IMG/VR virus record: IMGVR_UViG_3300011008_002712
Direction: 5' to 3' (one strand)
From: a virus
Lineage: Duplodnaviria > Caudoviricetes
DNA: 64,000 bases
In this document: piece after piece, positions 29,082 through 39,589 of the stretch
Layout of the letters: each line of letters begins with the position of its first letter
Numbering within the stretch: position 1 is the first letter of the stretch
The notes under the pieces: model-generated
The model's database searches: none
What the model saw: the letters and a program-made list of their open reading frames with translations, nothing else
What the model was told of the DNA's origin: nothing
Position numbers and translations under genes: made by a program

Positions 29082-29104
29082 AAGAGAGGATTTGCTCCTC
29101 TCTT
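29082..29104. terminator. terminator hairpin
   Basis: AAGAGAGGA-TTTGC-TCCTCTCTT with a T tail on the minus strand. Confidence 0.6.
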
Positions 29105-29122
29105 CATTGTTTTAGGTAGAAT

Positions 29123-31036
29123 TTATTTAGTTTTTGGCACAAGCATTGAGATGAATACATCTTTTGTTACTTGCTGCGGATCAAGATTGATATCCCAATC
29201 TTTATCATCATCTTTCGTGAAGACAGCACCAGCCATTTTCAAGATAGTATCAAGCTTCAGGCAAGATTCCATCTTTGTACGAATTGCTGAGAGCATTTTA
29301 GCTGCATTGTCATCATACCTTGAGACTATGTTATTACCCATTGTTGCAGATGTGAAATAGAATTTCTTATTTTCATCTTTGATATCCAAGAATCCTAAGA
29401 ACATAGCATTTTCTTGAATAACATTTTTCATGCAATAGTTCATGGTATGAGAATTGATAAGATAGTCTCTGTCTATACGATTTTTTTCTGGGCTATCAAT
29501 AACAAATTGGAAATCAACCGGACCATTTGCTGTGAAATTATTAAGGTTGACCATAATCATTTCATCAACCTGTACTGCAGAGCCAACATAATATGCTTCT
29601 GTTGCTCCTTTTGGTGCAGGAGCAGTTGTCATATCTCCAGAGAAAATGATTGTTTTTGCCAGACGAACTTCATCATTTTTAGAAGTAAACTGAGTATTCC
29701 AACCAATGTTATATTTATGCGAATTCATATGTAAATCAAGATCTACACGATGGTGTTCTTTATTCATCCAATGAACTGCTACAATAACATCTTTCTTGAG
29801 CTGGATGTAAGAATTAAACGGAATATGTCCCCAGAATAACTTCTCAGAAGTAGGCATAGCATACGTCATATTCTCAGGAATATAAATAGACTTACCTTCT
29901 ACTTGAGGACGAATATCATCAACAATAGACTTCATAATGATATTCAAGACATTGTCATAATTGATATGCTTATCATTATATTCGCTAGCAAAAGCACGCC
30001 CATTACGAACAAAATATGCAATTGCTTTCGGATCAAAACGACGGAACAAAATCGCATTCGCCAAAGAAATCTTCTTATAGATAGTAACCTTTTGAAGCTC
30101 TTTCTTCAGATCATCAAAATCAATCTTGGGATCACTGGTAATTCTGTCAAGAATCTTTTTCTTGACAGGACGATGGTATTGATTAGCAAGACGTCTAATC
30201 TGATTAATGTAATAAGCAGCTTTCGGGCATGCTTTCTTGATAGCAAGGAAAATAAGCTTATAGCGATAAAAAATAGACGCAAGCTCAGTAAAATCAGCCG
30301 TAGCAAAATATCCATATACATTTGTGGCAGAACCACTTGATACAATGGACTGATACGTGATTTTATTCTTAATAAGCATAGAAGAACCAGTTATCTTATA
30401 AACAACATAGCGAAGCCATTCTACACCATTTTTGGGAGTGATATTATAATAATCATAAAGACGAATGTTGAATTCCTTGTTTTTGAAATTCTCAATATCA
30501 TTCTTGAAATCAAATTGATAATACATAATAAGATTGAGAATATCGTCTTGAGTAGATTTCTTCAATGCAATACCAGAAGAAAGCATCGAGACAATGCGAG
30601 AACGCAACTCTTCCGTAGAGATATAATTGATGACTGTAACCTTGATCGGCTGAGCATCTTCAGGAAGATTCAGTTCTTTATTAGGAATATACACATAATC
30701 ATGATTAAAAACGCCAAGAGCTTCAAGCCCATATGTCGTGAAGTAATGCATAACTTGGTCTGCAAACAATTCTTCCAAAGACTGATTGGCAACTTGCTTG
30801 AATGTCTTAAAAGAATTATTAAGCTTATTCAAATCAAATCCATAATCAGAAATGATTTTAGAATATATATCATAGCTAATATTGCAATGATCATATGCAT
30901 CGTCAGTAATGAAAACCCCATTCTTCAAAGAATCATATTTCTTGGTAGTTTTTTCTTTTGTGTCAGGAACAGCTTTAAAAAGATTAAGAGAAGCACAAAT
31001 TACATCATATTTAGAAACAAAACTTACTGAACTCAT
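29123..31036 (-). CDS. large helical protein with C-terminal TerD-like domain
   Basis: HW...VDLDLH...IGWN...FSGDMTTAP..GATE resembles TerD-type motifs; start MSSVSF after a GAAAGGAG SD. Confidence 0.6.
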   Translation of the reverse strand: MSSVSFVSKYDVICASLNLFKAVPDTKEKTTKKYDSLKNGVFITDDAYDHCNISYDIYSKIISDYGFDLNKLNNSFKTFKQVANQSLEELFADQVMHYFTTYGLEALGVFNHDYVYIPNKELNLPEDAQPIKVTVINYISTEELRSRIVSMLSSGIALKKSTQDDILNLIMYYQFDFKNDIENFKNKEFNIRLYDYYNITPKNGVEWLRYVVYKITGSSMLIKNKITYQSIVSSGSATNVYGYFATADFTELASIFYRYKLIFLAIKKACPKAAYYINQIRRLANQYHRPVKKKILDRITSDPKIDFDDLKKELQKVTIYKKISLANAILFRRFDPKAIAYFVRNGRAFASEYNDKHINYDNVLNIIMKSIVDDIRPQVEGKSIYIPENMTYAMPTSEKLFWGHIPFNSYIQLKKDVIVAVHWMNKEHHRVDLDLHMNSHKYNIGWNTQFTSKNDEVRLAKTIIFSGDMTTAPAPKGATEAYYVGSAVQVDEMIMVNLNNFTANGPVDFQFVIDSPEKNRIDRDYLINSHTMNYCMKNVIQENAMFLGFLDIKDENKKFYFTSATMGNNIVSRYDDNAAKMLSAIRTKMESCLKLDTILKMAGAVFTKDDDKDWDINLDPQQVTKDVFISMLVPKTK

Positions 31037-31065
31037 TGCAATATCTCCTTTCATTTGCATGACAA

Positions 31066-31300
31066 AGGGGAGAATATATTCTCCCCTACATTAAAAGATT
31101 TTTGCGAGAAGTAGATGTAGCCTTGATTCAAATAACTGCCTCAGCAAGCCTTGCAGTTATTTGAATCAAAAAAATATATGAAAAGGAACTTCTTATGCAA
31201 AAACCTAGCGGTGGTTAACCGATCTTCCTGTTTGACAGGAAGAAGTAGGCGGAAGGTAAAATTTATTTTGCGATTATCAAAAAAGGAACCTTCTATGCCA
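31066..31300 (-). ncRNA. putative structured leader/small RNA with two repeated stem motifs
   Basis: two GCATA(A)GAAG(G)TTCC ... CTTC(T)CGC units, a perfect 17-bp hairpin at 31123-31169, a terminal hairpin at 31066-31087, promoter at about 31330-31358. Confidence 0.55.
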
Positions 31301-31388
31301 ATATGAAAAAATTATCAACAATCAATTCTATTTTATCACATAAAATGATTTTGTAAACTGCTTTTTATAAAAATACGAAAATTTTTTG

Positions 31389-32294
31389 TTACCAATCTGT
31401 TTTTACTTTTGACCTGATAGTCTCAGACAACACTTTCCCATGCACATCTCTTGTTATATATGCTGTAATAGAAATTTGTTCATCCCTTATGATAGCTTTC
31501 ATTTCATAAATACTTTGTATTACAAAATCAAAATCACCATAAATTAATTCATCTTTGATATACCAAGAATTTACCAAATGCTCTATCTCAATTGGAGTGT
31601 ATTTGGATTTGATTTTATTTATAGCTAAATCCAAATAGCCTTCTGCTTTTTGGAAATCTTGACAAGATTCATCTTCAAGATATATCTCCGCCAGTCTTAA
31701 ATATGGCTCTAAATAATCTGGATCAATTTTCATAGCTTCTTGATATAATTGAAGCTTATATTTTTTATCAGTTGCATTATACGCAGCTAAAGATATATTT
31801 TTTGCTTGCTGTTGAGTTGCAGTCAGATGTTCTCTTTTATCTGGTATCGGCTGAGAACGAAGCTTTCTAATAATAGCTTGCAATTCTTTGTTTTTTTGCT
31901 TCTGTTTATTTAACTCCGATCTTTCAGTAAGAAATTTTTCTATGTTCTCTGTATCTACGCGAGCAGTCAAATAACTTCTGAATTCTATATGTTTTCCTGC
32001 TGGTGTCATTACAATATCTTCAGAAATAATTTCCAAAATAGAAGCAGAAAGAATATGTATTTCATCTTCTGTTAAGACATGATTATTTACTTTGCTGGAA
32101 GATTCTACAAAAACACATGCTTCTTCTGATATTCGACGCATAGCATCTTCCCTAGCTCTTTCTTTTGCTTTATAAAGATTCTCTTCTTGAGAATCTCCCA
32201 TAATATATATTCCAACAGATGAAATAATTTTTTGTTCAGCAAATGCATGATTAAATGAAAAAAATATGCATAACATCAAAATAATTTTTTTCAT
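31389..32294 (-). CDS. exported protein with TPR-like repeat, Negativicutes-like family
   Basis: signal peptide (AFA-E); YIMGD..E....AKERAREDA.R..SEEA.VFVES motif. Confidence 0.65.
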   Translation of the reverse strand: MKKIILMLCIFFSFNHAFAEQKIISSVGIYIMGDSQEENLYKAKERAREDAMRRISEEACVFVESSSKVNNHVLTEDEIHILSASILEIISEDIVMTPAGKHIEFRSYLTARVDTENIEKFLTERSELNKQKQKNKELQAIIRKLRSQPIPDKREHLTATQQQAKNISLAAYNATDKKYKLQLYQEAMKIDPDYLEPYLRLAEIYLEDESCQDFQKAEGYLDLAINKIKSKYTPIEIEHLVNSWYIKDELIYGDFDFVIQSIYEMKAIIRDEQISITAYITRDVHGKVLSETIRSKVKTDW

Positions 32295-32505
32295 ATCACT
32301 ACCTCGTAAAACATGCATTTCATAAACATAATCAATTCTCCCCTTCTATTTTTTAGATAATTCTAACACAAAATACAAAATTTGTATACAAAAAATAGTT
32401 ATTCATAAAAAAAGAGTATATGACCGTGATTTACAAATTCTAGTTGTTTCAGATTTATAAAAAGTCTCCAACCTATCAAGGAAGGAGACTCTTTTGCATA
32501 TTTGA

Positions 32506-32952
32506 TTATTGGGTAATCAATTCTTTTAGTTCATAAAACCACAGCTCGGCTTCTCCAAACCCACATTTGTGAATAATTTGCTTTTTCAAAATGAAATTTT
32601 TTATTTTCTTTGCAACGTTTTTGTCAGTACCAGAAGAAATTTCTTCAAAAAAGCTGTCAACAATTTTTGCATACAGATTATCATATATGTTTTTTATCTT
32701 ATCTTTAGTGTCTTTGCAGTTAGCTGCAAGTTTTTTCATTTCTTCTTTAAACATTATATTCGGCATTGAGATTGTTGCAATTTCATTTTCTTTTGCATTT
32801 TGAAATTCATTGATAAGTTGCGTAGCCAAATATCTTTCATTTTTGATTGTCCAATAAAGACCCTGGTGGTCTACATATTCTTCTGCTAGAGCTTCTTCAA
32901 CATCTTTTGACAAAACGACATATTTCTCAATAATGCTGTCTAAATTTTTCAT
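32506..32952 (-). CDS. hypothetical protein
   Basis: 148-aa ORF, AAGGAG SD. Confidence 0.65.
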   Translation of the reverse strand: MKNLDSIIEKYVVLSKDVEEALAEEYVDHQGLYWTIKNERYLATQLINEFQNAKENEIATISMPNIMFKEEMKKLAANCKDTKDKIKNIYDNLYAKIVDSFFEEISSGTDKNVAKKIKNFILKKQIIHKCGFGEAELWFYELKELITQ

Positions 32953-32954
32953 TG

Positions 32955-33353
32955 TTATCTCCTTTTGAATTCCTTGTAATTAAGATTAAAAATGTTGTTT
33001 TGAGCATTCACAAGGGTTTTCCTGATATTAACAAACAAAGTGTTGATTCGCAAATGTTTGCCAAGAAATTTATAAACAAACCCGTTTTTTGTAGACCATC
33101 TCATGATTATTCTTACAGCGTCACCAGTTTTATCTCTCATCATGTCAGTTTTTCTAGATATGCTTGAGTAAATAATAATAGACACTGCAGGATTTTTGGT
33201 AGGAAGAATGTAAACATATTCATAAATCTTTTTGTTTGACTGCTTTTCAATTTCTTCTGTAGCATCATAGATATGAGCAAGGTGATACATATCAGAAATC
33301 TTGCTCATCGTAACTTCAAACTGAGATTTTGTGTACTGCTTATAATGACTCAT
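32955..33353 (-). CDS. hypothetical phage protein
   Basis: 132-aa ORF with promoter. Confidence 0.7.
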   Translation of the reverse strand: MSHYKQYTKSQFEVTMSKISDMYHLAHIYDATEEIEKQSNKKIYEYVYILPTKNPAVSIIIYSSISRKTDMMRDKTGDAVRIIMRWSTKNGFVYKFLGKHLRINTLFVNIRKTLVNAQNNIFNLNYKEFKRR

Positions 33354-33457
33354 TTTCCTAACCTCACTTTCTTGAATACATTATATCACAGAATCTCAAC
33401 AATGTAAATAGTATTTGACAAAATTATTTAAAAATGGCTAGCATTTGCTAGCCATAA

Positions 33458-33721
33458 TCATTCGTATAAATTTGTTATCGTCCGTTTCCAATTTTCGAAA
33501 TCTTTATTGAACCTATCCTGGAATTCTTCTTCACTGTCATAGCACTTCACGAGATCACTGTGGTGAGAATAATTCTTAACTTTTGATTTATCCATTGTGG
33601 CTCGAAGTCTAATCCCTCCAAAGTCATCTAGATTTAAAGTAATATGACACAACCCAACACGCTTTTCATAATTATCTTCATCGATCTGTACAAATCCAAA
33701 ATAAGGCAATATGTTAGACAT
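33458..33721 (-). CDS. hypothetical protein
   Basis: start MSNILPY after an AAGGAG SD. Confidence 0.6.
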   Translation of the reverse strand: MSNILPYFGFVQIDEDNYEKRVGLCHITLNLDDFGGIRLRATMDKSKVKNYSHHSDLVKCYDSEEEFQDRFNKDFENWKRTITNLYE

Positions 33722-33938
33722 CTTTATTCTCCTTGTATGTTGTAGTTTTGGTTTCGTGTGTCCAAGTCGGCATGTGATTTTTCTCCAAAATACTGTCGAT
33801 GTCATTCTTTGATTTACTTATGGATTTTGTTTCTACTTTACTAGAAAAATAGCAATTCATCACATATCCAATAGTAAGACAAATAATCAAAATACTAAGA
33901 ACTGCGGCTACTAAAACGTTATCTTGTATTACTGGCAT
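33714..33938 (-). CDS. small membrane protein
   Basis: single hydrophobic helix. Confidence 0.55.
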   Translation of the reverse strand: MPVIQDNVLVAAVLSILIICLTIGYVMNCYFSSKVETKSISKSKNDIDSILEKNHMPTWTHETKTTTYKENKDV

Positions 33939-34020
33939 TATAATCACTCCAATTTTTAATACTCCATTTTTGTTACATTCAACGAGGGTGCTTTTTATTA
34001 GCACCCTCGCGCATTGATTC

Positions 34021-34479
34021 TTACTTAGTCAACCTGCTCGGATCGAACTTATAGTTCATATTGCCAGAGATGGTTTTATCGACCATGTCCTGATTGATGA
34101 CGCCGGACTTAACAAGTTTTCCCAATTCCTTTTCGTTGACAGTCTCAACCATCTTGCGAGATACAACACTCTTGACATTGGCACCGGCAGCTTCCAGCAA
34201 AACCTTCAGTGCCTTAATATCATACTCTTTCTTTGTCAGCACCGGGATTTTCTTTACCTGGTATTCATTGCCAACAATCGTCTCCGGCACTGCGTTATCT
34301 TCCACGAAATATTCGCCAGCAAATTCTATCTTCATCTTCTTCAGTTTGCTCTGCATCGCTTTGATTTGAGCATCAAGCGACATAATCTCTGCTACGCGAG
34401 AATCGATATCATCCTGCCGTGCCGGAATCTTCTTAGCCTTGATCTGATTTGCTGCCATTGCCATCGTCATTTCAATCAT
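34021..34479 (-). CDS. hypothetical protein (coiled coil)
   Basis: GC-richer 152-aa ORF behind a cassette promoter. Confidence 0.75.
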   Translation of the reverse strand: MIEMTMAMAANQIKAKKIPARQDDIDSRVAEIMSLDAQIKAMQSKLKKMKIEFAGEYFVEDNAVPETIVGNEYQVKKIPVLTKKEYDIKALKVLLEAAGANVKSVVSRKMVETVNEKELGKLVKSGVINQDMVDKTISGNMNYKFDPSRLTK

Positions 34480-34505
34480 CCTTTCATCTTTACACTCTTT
34501 TTTCC

Positions 34506-34559
34506 TTACCTCTTAAATCTATTATACCATGTTGTTCGGTATTTGTAAATAGTTTTTTT
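34506..34559 (-). promoter_or_regulatory. repeated promoter cassette
   Basis: CTATTTACA...ATGGTATAATAGATTTAAGAGGTAAGGAA. Confidence 0.85.
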
Positions 34560-34612
34560 CAATTTTTTTTGAAAAATTTTTGTATTTATCACCTCCTCTC
34601 TATTGCTTCCTT

Positions 34613-34942
34613 TCAAATCTTTATCATGATAGTGTTGTTGATAATGTCAATCATCTGTTCATTTTCTTCGTTTGCATAAACCTTATGCCCGTCGATATCA
34701 ATTCTTTCAATCATATGTGTATCATTTAAAAGTTTTTTCGCTATTGTTTCGGCGTCTGGTGTATCAAACTCAAGCGAAATGTTCTTGGCAAAAGTTTTCT
34801 CAACAATCATGCCATCTTCCATGATAAGGGATTTCGTAATATCATTTGCCTGGAATTTCGAAACTTCAGCACTCTCAATAACTTCGATGCGGCCAGACTC
34901 AAAAATTACCTTGACATTGTATTCCATTTTTTGTTCCTCCAT
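34613..34942 (-). CDS. hypothetical protein, paralogue of 25054..25374
   Basis: near-identical protein and flanks. Confidence 0.8.
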   Translation of the reverse strand: MEEQKMEYNVKVIFESGRIEVIESAEVSKFQANDITKSLIMEDGMIVEKTFAKNISLEFDTPDAETIAKKLLNDTHMIERIDIDGHKVYANEENEQMIDIINNTIMIKI

Positions 34943-34954
34943 TCTTCTATTTCC

Positions 34955-35007
34955 TTACCTCTTGAGTCTATTATACCATGTTATTCAATGTTTGTAAATA
35001 GTTTTTT
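34955..35007 (-). promoter_or_regulatory. repeated promoter cassette
   Basis: CTATTTACA...ATGGTATAATAGACTCAAGAGGTAAGGAA. Confidence 0.85.
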
Positions 35008-35701
35008 ACAAAATTCTTAGTATTTTTTGATAAAGGCAGTGGAATCTTCCATAATTAATATCTTTATGCCAATGACCGAAATACCAACCATCAAATGAGT
35101 CAATATTGTTCAGAAACTCTTGAAGCATCTTAGATGTTGGATCTGGATCTTCTAATGGATTTATATGGAACATTGGGTAAATTAAACCTTGAGGGCATGT
35201 GTGACTTAGAATATAGTCTAATCTGATGTTCTTATTTTTCAGTAATTCCAAATTGGAAAATAATCTATCACATTCATCATAGCTCCAAAGCTCTTCTTTC
35301 CACCAATTAATATCTAATTGACGATAGCATCTGTCATATGATTGTGCTCCCCCAGCAGCTAAAAAATATTTCCCATCTATTTCATAATAATTCCCTCTTA
35401 TTAAATGGATAATATTATCTTCTGTCTGATGAACATCTCCTCCATGCCATTTAGTAATAGGAAAACTATTAATCCACTTAAAATTTTCATGATTTCCGTC
35501 AATCCAGAGCAACGTAAATTTCTTTTCTATCAGCCACTTTCTCCAGTGCTGATAAAACTTATTATCTTTCCAATATAGACCAAAATCTCCCAGAACTATC
35601 ACATAATCACCTCTAGTCATATTTTTCTGCTCTGGGAAATTTTTCATATTCAATTTTTCTATGTCTATGTCAATGTGAGTATCACCAGTAACGTATACCA
35701 T
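35006..35701 (-). CDS. metallophosphoesterase
   Basis: GDTH, LGDFG, DGNHEN, SHTCP, WYFGHWH. Confidence 0.9.
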   Translation of the reverse strand: MVYVTGDTHIDIDIEKLNMKNFPEQKNMTRGDYVIVLGDFGLYWKDNKFYQHWRKWLIEKKFTLLWIDGNHENFKWINSFPITKWHGGDVHQTEDNIIHLIRGNYYEIDGKYFLAAGGAQSYDRCYRQLDINWWKEELWSYDECDRLFSNLELLKNKNIRLDYILSHTCPQGLIYPMFHINPLEDPDPTSKMLQEFLNNIDSFDGWYFGHWHKDINYGRFHCLYQKILRIL

Positions 35702-35719
35702 AATCTTTTTTCCTTTTTA

Positions 35720-36061
35720 TCATAAGTGATGGTTATATTTGAATTTTGAGTTATTGCTTTTCAACAAGATGGGAGTAGTTTCAAATAATCCACCATCTCT
35801 ATCGAAATGCTGAGTACAAGCATTGCCTCCAAATTTTTTCAAAAGTTTTTTTGCTGTAGATACAGAACAATCAAACTCAATCGGGAAATTTCTATCTAAT
35901 ACTTCGTCTGATATGTCTTCAGGAATCTCAATTATGTCTTTTCCTTCAACAATCTGTTTATAAGCAAGAACCCTTTCTCTAATCGGAAGTTCAACAGGAA
36001 AAGAATAATATGTAATGCGCATTTCTTTTACCACCTTTCGAACTTTTTCTATTTGAATCAA
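35720..36061 (-). CDS. hypothetical protein
   Basis: 113-aa ORF. Confidence 0.6.
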   Translation of the reverse strand: MIQIEKVRKVVKEMRITYYSFPVELPIRERVLAYKQIVEGKDIIEIPEDISDEVLDRNFPIEFDCSVSTAKKLLKKFGGNACTQHFDRDGGLFETTPILLKSNNSKFKYNHHL

Positions 36062-36176
36062 TTATAATATAGTAATTCAAAAAAGTAAATAGTTTTTATA
36101 AATTAAAACATATTTTTCGATTTTTTTTCTATTATAAATTTGGATTGAACACATTTTTAAATTAGAAGATGAATTC

Positions 36177-37259
36177 ATGAATTACATCTATTCAGGAGGA
36201 GAATACACTGTATATGATAATAGCGTAAAAAGTTTTGACAAGCTTCCAGCTGGCATGTACAGAGTAAATTTTCATCCTCAAAAAGGATGGTGGCTGACGA
36301 GTGATCATCCTATCATTATCAATGAAAAAATTTATGGCGATCATGAAAGAAAAGCAAGAAAAGCAGTAGAAACTTTTAAGATATTCCCTCGTAATCTTGG
36401 AGTACTTTTATCTGGAAATAAGGGAATGGGCAAGAGTTTAGTATGTAAAATGATATGTAAAAATATGGTAGATCTTGGTTATCCAGTCATTACTGTAGAT
36501 AGTTACATACCTGGAATCAGTGATTTCTTGCATAAAATAGACACGGAATCAGTGATATTTTTAGATGAATTTGACAAAATTTTTCATCAAAGCGAAGAAG
36601 ATTATGAAAATAATTCTCTCAGACCACAAGATGAAATGCTTAGTCTATTTGATGGCAGTGACACAAACAAAAAAATGTTCTTAGTGACATGCAATCAAAT
36701 AGCAAACATAAGCGATTATTTCATTAACAGACCAGGAAGATTCCATTACCATTATCGTTTTACTTATCCAACAAAAGAAGAAATAGAGCACTATCTTAGA
36801 GAAAATGTAAAAGAAGAATACGCAGACGAAATTGTCAATGTATTAGCATTCTCTAAGAAAGTAAAGCTAAGCTATGATTGTCTGAGAAGTATTGTATTTG
36901 AGTTAAATCTTGGGAATTCTTTCTATGATTTCATTGATGATCTTAATATACTAAACGTACAAGAAGAAACATATGAAATAAAACTCATAGATAGCGAGCA
37001 TAACATTTATTCATGTGCAGAAAATCTAAACATCATATCTGAAGAACCTCAAAATCTTTATCTTTACTGCAGAGGAAAAGGCGACATATTTGTAACATTC
37101 AACATGAACGATCTTGACTATAATGAAGAAACGCATTGCTACGTTCCAAAAGATATAAAAGACATAATAATAGAAACAACAGAATCTAAGAAAAACATAA
37201 AAGTAAAGAGCTTTACAATAAAATCACTAAACGATAATATGTATAGCTATTTTGTATAA
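36177..37259 (+). CDS. AAA family ATPase
   Basis: Walker A GNKGMGKS, Walker B IFLDEFDK, NRPGRF arginine finger. Confidence 0.9.
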   Translation: MNYIYSGGEYTVYDNSVKSFDKLPAGMYRVNFHPQKGWWLTSDHPIIINEKIYGDHERKARKAVETFKIFPRNLGVLLSGNKGMGKSLVCKMICKNMVDLGYPVITVDSYIPGISDFLHKIDTESVIFLDEFDKIFHQSEEDYENNSLRPQDEMLSLFDGSDTNKKMFLVTCNQIANISDYFINRPGRFHYHYRFTYPTKEEIEHYLRENVKEEYADEIVNVLAFSKKVKLSYDCLRSIVFELNLGNSFYDFIDDLNILNVQEETYEIKLIDSEHNIYSCAENLNIISEEPQNLYLYCRGKGDIFVTFNMNDLDYNEETHCYVPKDIKDIIIETTESKKNIKVKSFTIKSLNDNMYSYFV

Positions 37260-37286
37260 CGTAAAAGAGGCTGAAAATTCAGCCTC

Positions 37287-37553
37287 TTATTTTTCTTTAG
37301 CTTCTTTAAGAAGAATCTCAGAATTTTCATTCATCCATTTTGAAAGTTTGATGTAAGCTTTTTCTTGAGATGAATTACTAAATCCTCTGAATTTAGTACG
37401 CACTGGATATACTTTATAATTTTTGATTTCTCCTGTTTGTTTATCTTCGTCAAAATCTATGACAATGGACCAACCAAAAATCTGAAGAAAAGTATTGACA
37501 AACATAAGCAACCCAGTAGAACGAAATTCTTCCCACTCTTTTCTAAATATCAT
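37287..37553 (-). CDS. conserved phage hypothetical protein
   Basis: WEEFRSTGLL..VN..L..FGW ... KFRGFS. Confidence 0.7.
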   Translation of the reverse strand: MIFRKEWEEFRSTGLLMFVNTFLQIFGWSIVIDFDEDKQTGEIKNYKVYPVRTKFRGFSNSSQEKAYIKLSKWMNENSEILLKEAKEK

Positions 37554-37562
37554 AAAAACACC

Positions 37563-38135
37563 TCATATGCCATAATAAAACAAAATCCTAGGAGAAAGTA
37601 TACTCAAAAAATCTGCCATGCATTCATATGCATAATCTAAAAACATTTGATTAGACAATAAAATCTTTCTTTGAGCTACTCTCACTTTTGATAAATCTCC
37701 AACAAGACGATGGGTAAAATAATCTTTTGGAATAAACATGCTCATGTAAGAATCATTAAAATATCTATATATCTGAAATTCTTTTCCATTACCTCCTATG
37801 CCGCTTGTTTTAGGTTTTCTCATCTGAGAAGCATCAGCATATATAGCAAAAGTGAAATTACTCTTAGTATTACTATGTTTAATGTTTACATGCACAATCT
37901 GTATCTTAATTCTTTCTACTTCTGAAATACAAAATTTTTTGCCATTAGTCCTGTAATCTTTTTTTAGAAAAAGCTTTAATTCATTATAACAATCTCTACA
38001 AATTTTTTTGCCATTGTAAATTTCTTCTTCATTTACAAATGTTGGTGCATAACTTTTTCCATACATGTATTTTGTTGGTTGATTGCATCTAGTACATACA
38101 TCAAAAACTTTTATGATCTCTCTTTTGCTTGGCAT
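37563..38135 (-). CDS. hypothetical protein with zinc ribbon; C-terminal ...LFYYGI tail
   Basis: CTRC and CRDC motifs; GL-like tail. Confidence 0.65.
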   Translation of the reverse strand: MPSKREIIKVFDVCTRCNQPTKYMYGKSYAPTFVNEEEIYNGKKICRDCYNELKLFLKKDYRTNGKKFCISEVERIKIQIVHVNIKHSNTKSNFTFAIYADASQMRKPKTSGIGGNGKEFQIYRYFNDSYMSMFIPKDYFTHRLVGDLSKVRVAQRKILLSNQMFLDYAYECMADFLSILSPRILFYYGI

Positions 38136-38170
38136 GTGATAACTCCTTTTTTATTTAATTTTATCACATT

Positions 38171-38566
38171 TCAAACATTATGTACATTACTAAGCAAATA
38201 CTTCTCAGCATTTTTCTTTAATTCGTGTCCTTTGATATACATTAAAATAAAAGGAATTTTTTCCAAAATACTATCATCGTTAGTTAAAGTGACTTTAGTC
38301 TTAATACTTTCATTTAATACATAAAAACAATCTTCAAAAACAGCAAATTCATAATCATTCATTTTGACTATCCGATATGCTTGGCCAAACTTATGATGTA
38401 TCTCTGAGATGTATATGACATAGCATTCTTTTTCTATCAGCATAAATTTAACATCTTCATCATATAAGATAGTAGAAATCTCATGAGTAAGTACGTTCTT
38501 CATGATTATTTTGTCTGTCTCATAAATGACATTGTATTTCATCAATTGCTCCTTTATTCGTCGCAT
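38171..38566 (-). CDS. hypothetical protein
   Basis: 131-aa ORF. Confidence 0.55.
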   Translation of the reverse strand: MRRIKEQLMKYNVIYETDKIIMKNVLTHEISTILYDEDVKFMLIEKECYVIYISEIHHKFGQAYRIVKMNDYEFAVFEDCFYVLNESIKTKVTLTNDDSILEKIPFILMYIKGHELKKNAEKYLLSNVHNV

Positions 38567-39026
38567 TCCAAAATTTATAAAATCTTTCTATTTTTTCTAT
38601 GCTCGCATTTAAAGGATAAATATGAATAGCTGCTAACCAGCATTCAATCGTATCCCACCAACTGCTTCCAGAAAAAAATATATCGTCTGCAATCTTCATG
38701 TTGATATCATATTTATTTTTATTCCCTTTAATTTTATCAAAGCAATAATATGCATATTGTTGATCAATGTCAAACAATTTCATGTCTATGCTCTCATACT
38801 TTTTAAACAAATCTACTTGTTTGAAAATATCTTTTGCTATCTCCCAAGATAAACTTGATGAAAAATTTTTTTGTTCCATGAATTCTTTTTGAATAGCATG
38901 TAAAGCAATGATTGTACCATTTTTGTCTGTTCTCATGAATTGTCCACCAATACAGACAACATCATCGTCTATTATCATTTCTTTTAATGAATAAAAATGC
39001 TTGCTTTTTCTAAATCTTATTTTCAT
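38520..39026 (-). CDS. hypothetical protein
   Basis: start MKIRFRK. Confidence 0.55.
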   Translation of the reverse strand: MKIRFRKSKHFYSLKEMIIDDDVVCIGGQFMRTDKNGTIIALHAIQKEFMEQKNFSSSLSWEIAKDIFKQVDLFKKYESIDMKLFDIDQQYAYYCFDKIKGNKNKYDINMKIADDIFFSGSSWWDTIECWLAAIHIYPLNASIEKIERFYKFWNATNKGAIDEIQCHL

Positions 39027-39128
39027 AATCCATTTTATTTCCTTTGATTCTATCAAAACAATAATGTGGTCTTAAAATTAAAAAAGACTGTTTTTATGCA
39101 GTCTTTTTTGTTAATCATCATAATCTTA

Positions 39129-39536
39129 TTAAATATATGATCTATATGCACTATCTTCTAAGTCATCTGTAATACTTGCCCAATCTTTTCTGAATTGTTT
39201 AAGATTTGAAAGCAAATTGGAGGTAGCTTCTATTAAAGAATTCAAATTTTCAATAGCTTCATCTCCTGGAGAATATTTTCCATTACCTAAGAGTTAATAT
39301 GCAATTGGTTCTGAAAAATTATCAGTTTCTTTAGCAGCATTACCACATGTAAAATATCTTTCAAAATTTTGTCCATCCAAAATATCATCATATGCTGCTA
39401 ATACTTGTTCATATACAGATACAACTTCTTTTGATTTTCCGTCTAAATCTTCTAAAAAATATTGTAAAGCTTCTTTAGCTTCTTCTGGTACTTCAGCTGC
39501 ACTTTTCTTCTGTAAATGCGATTTGATTGTATTCAT
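39129..39536 (-). pseudogene. hypothetical gene interrupted by an in-frame TAA at 39294
   Basis: frame stays open for another 54 codons after the TAA. Confidence 0.5.
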
Positions 39537-39589
39537 ATTTTTTATCTCCTTATATCATTTCTTTCAATGAATAAAAATATTTACTTTTT

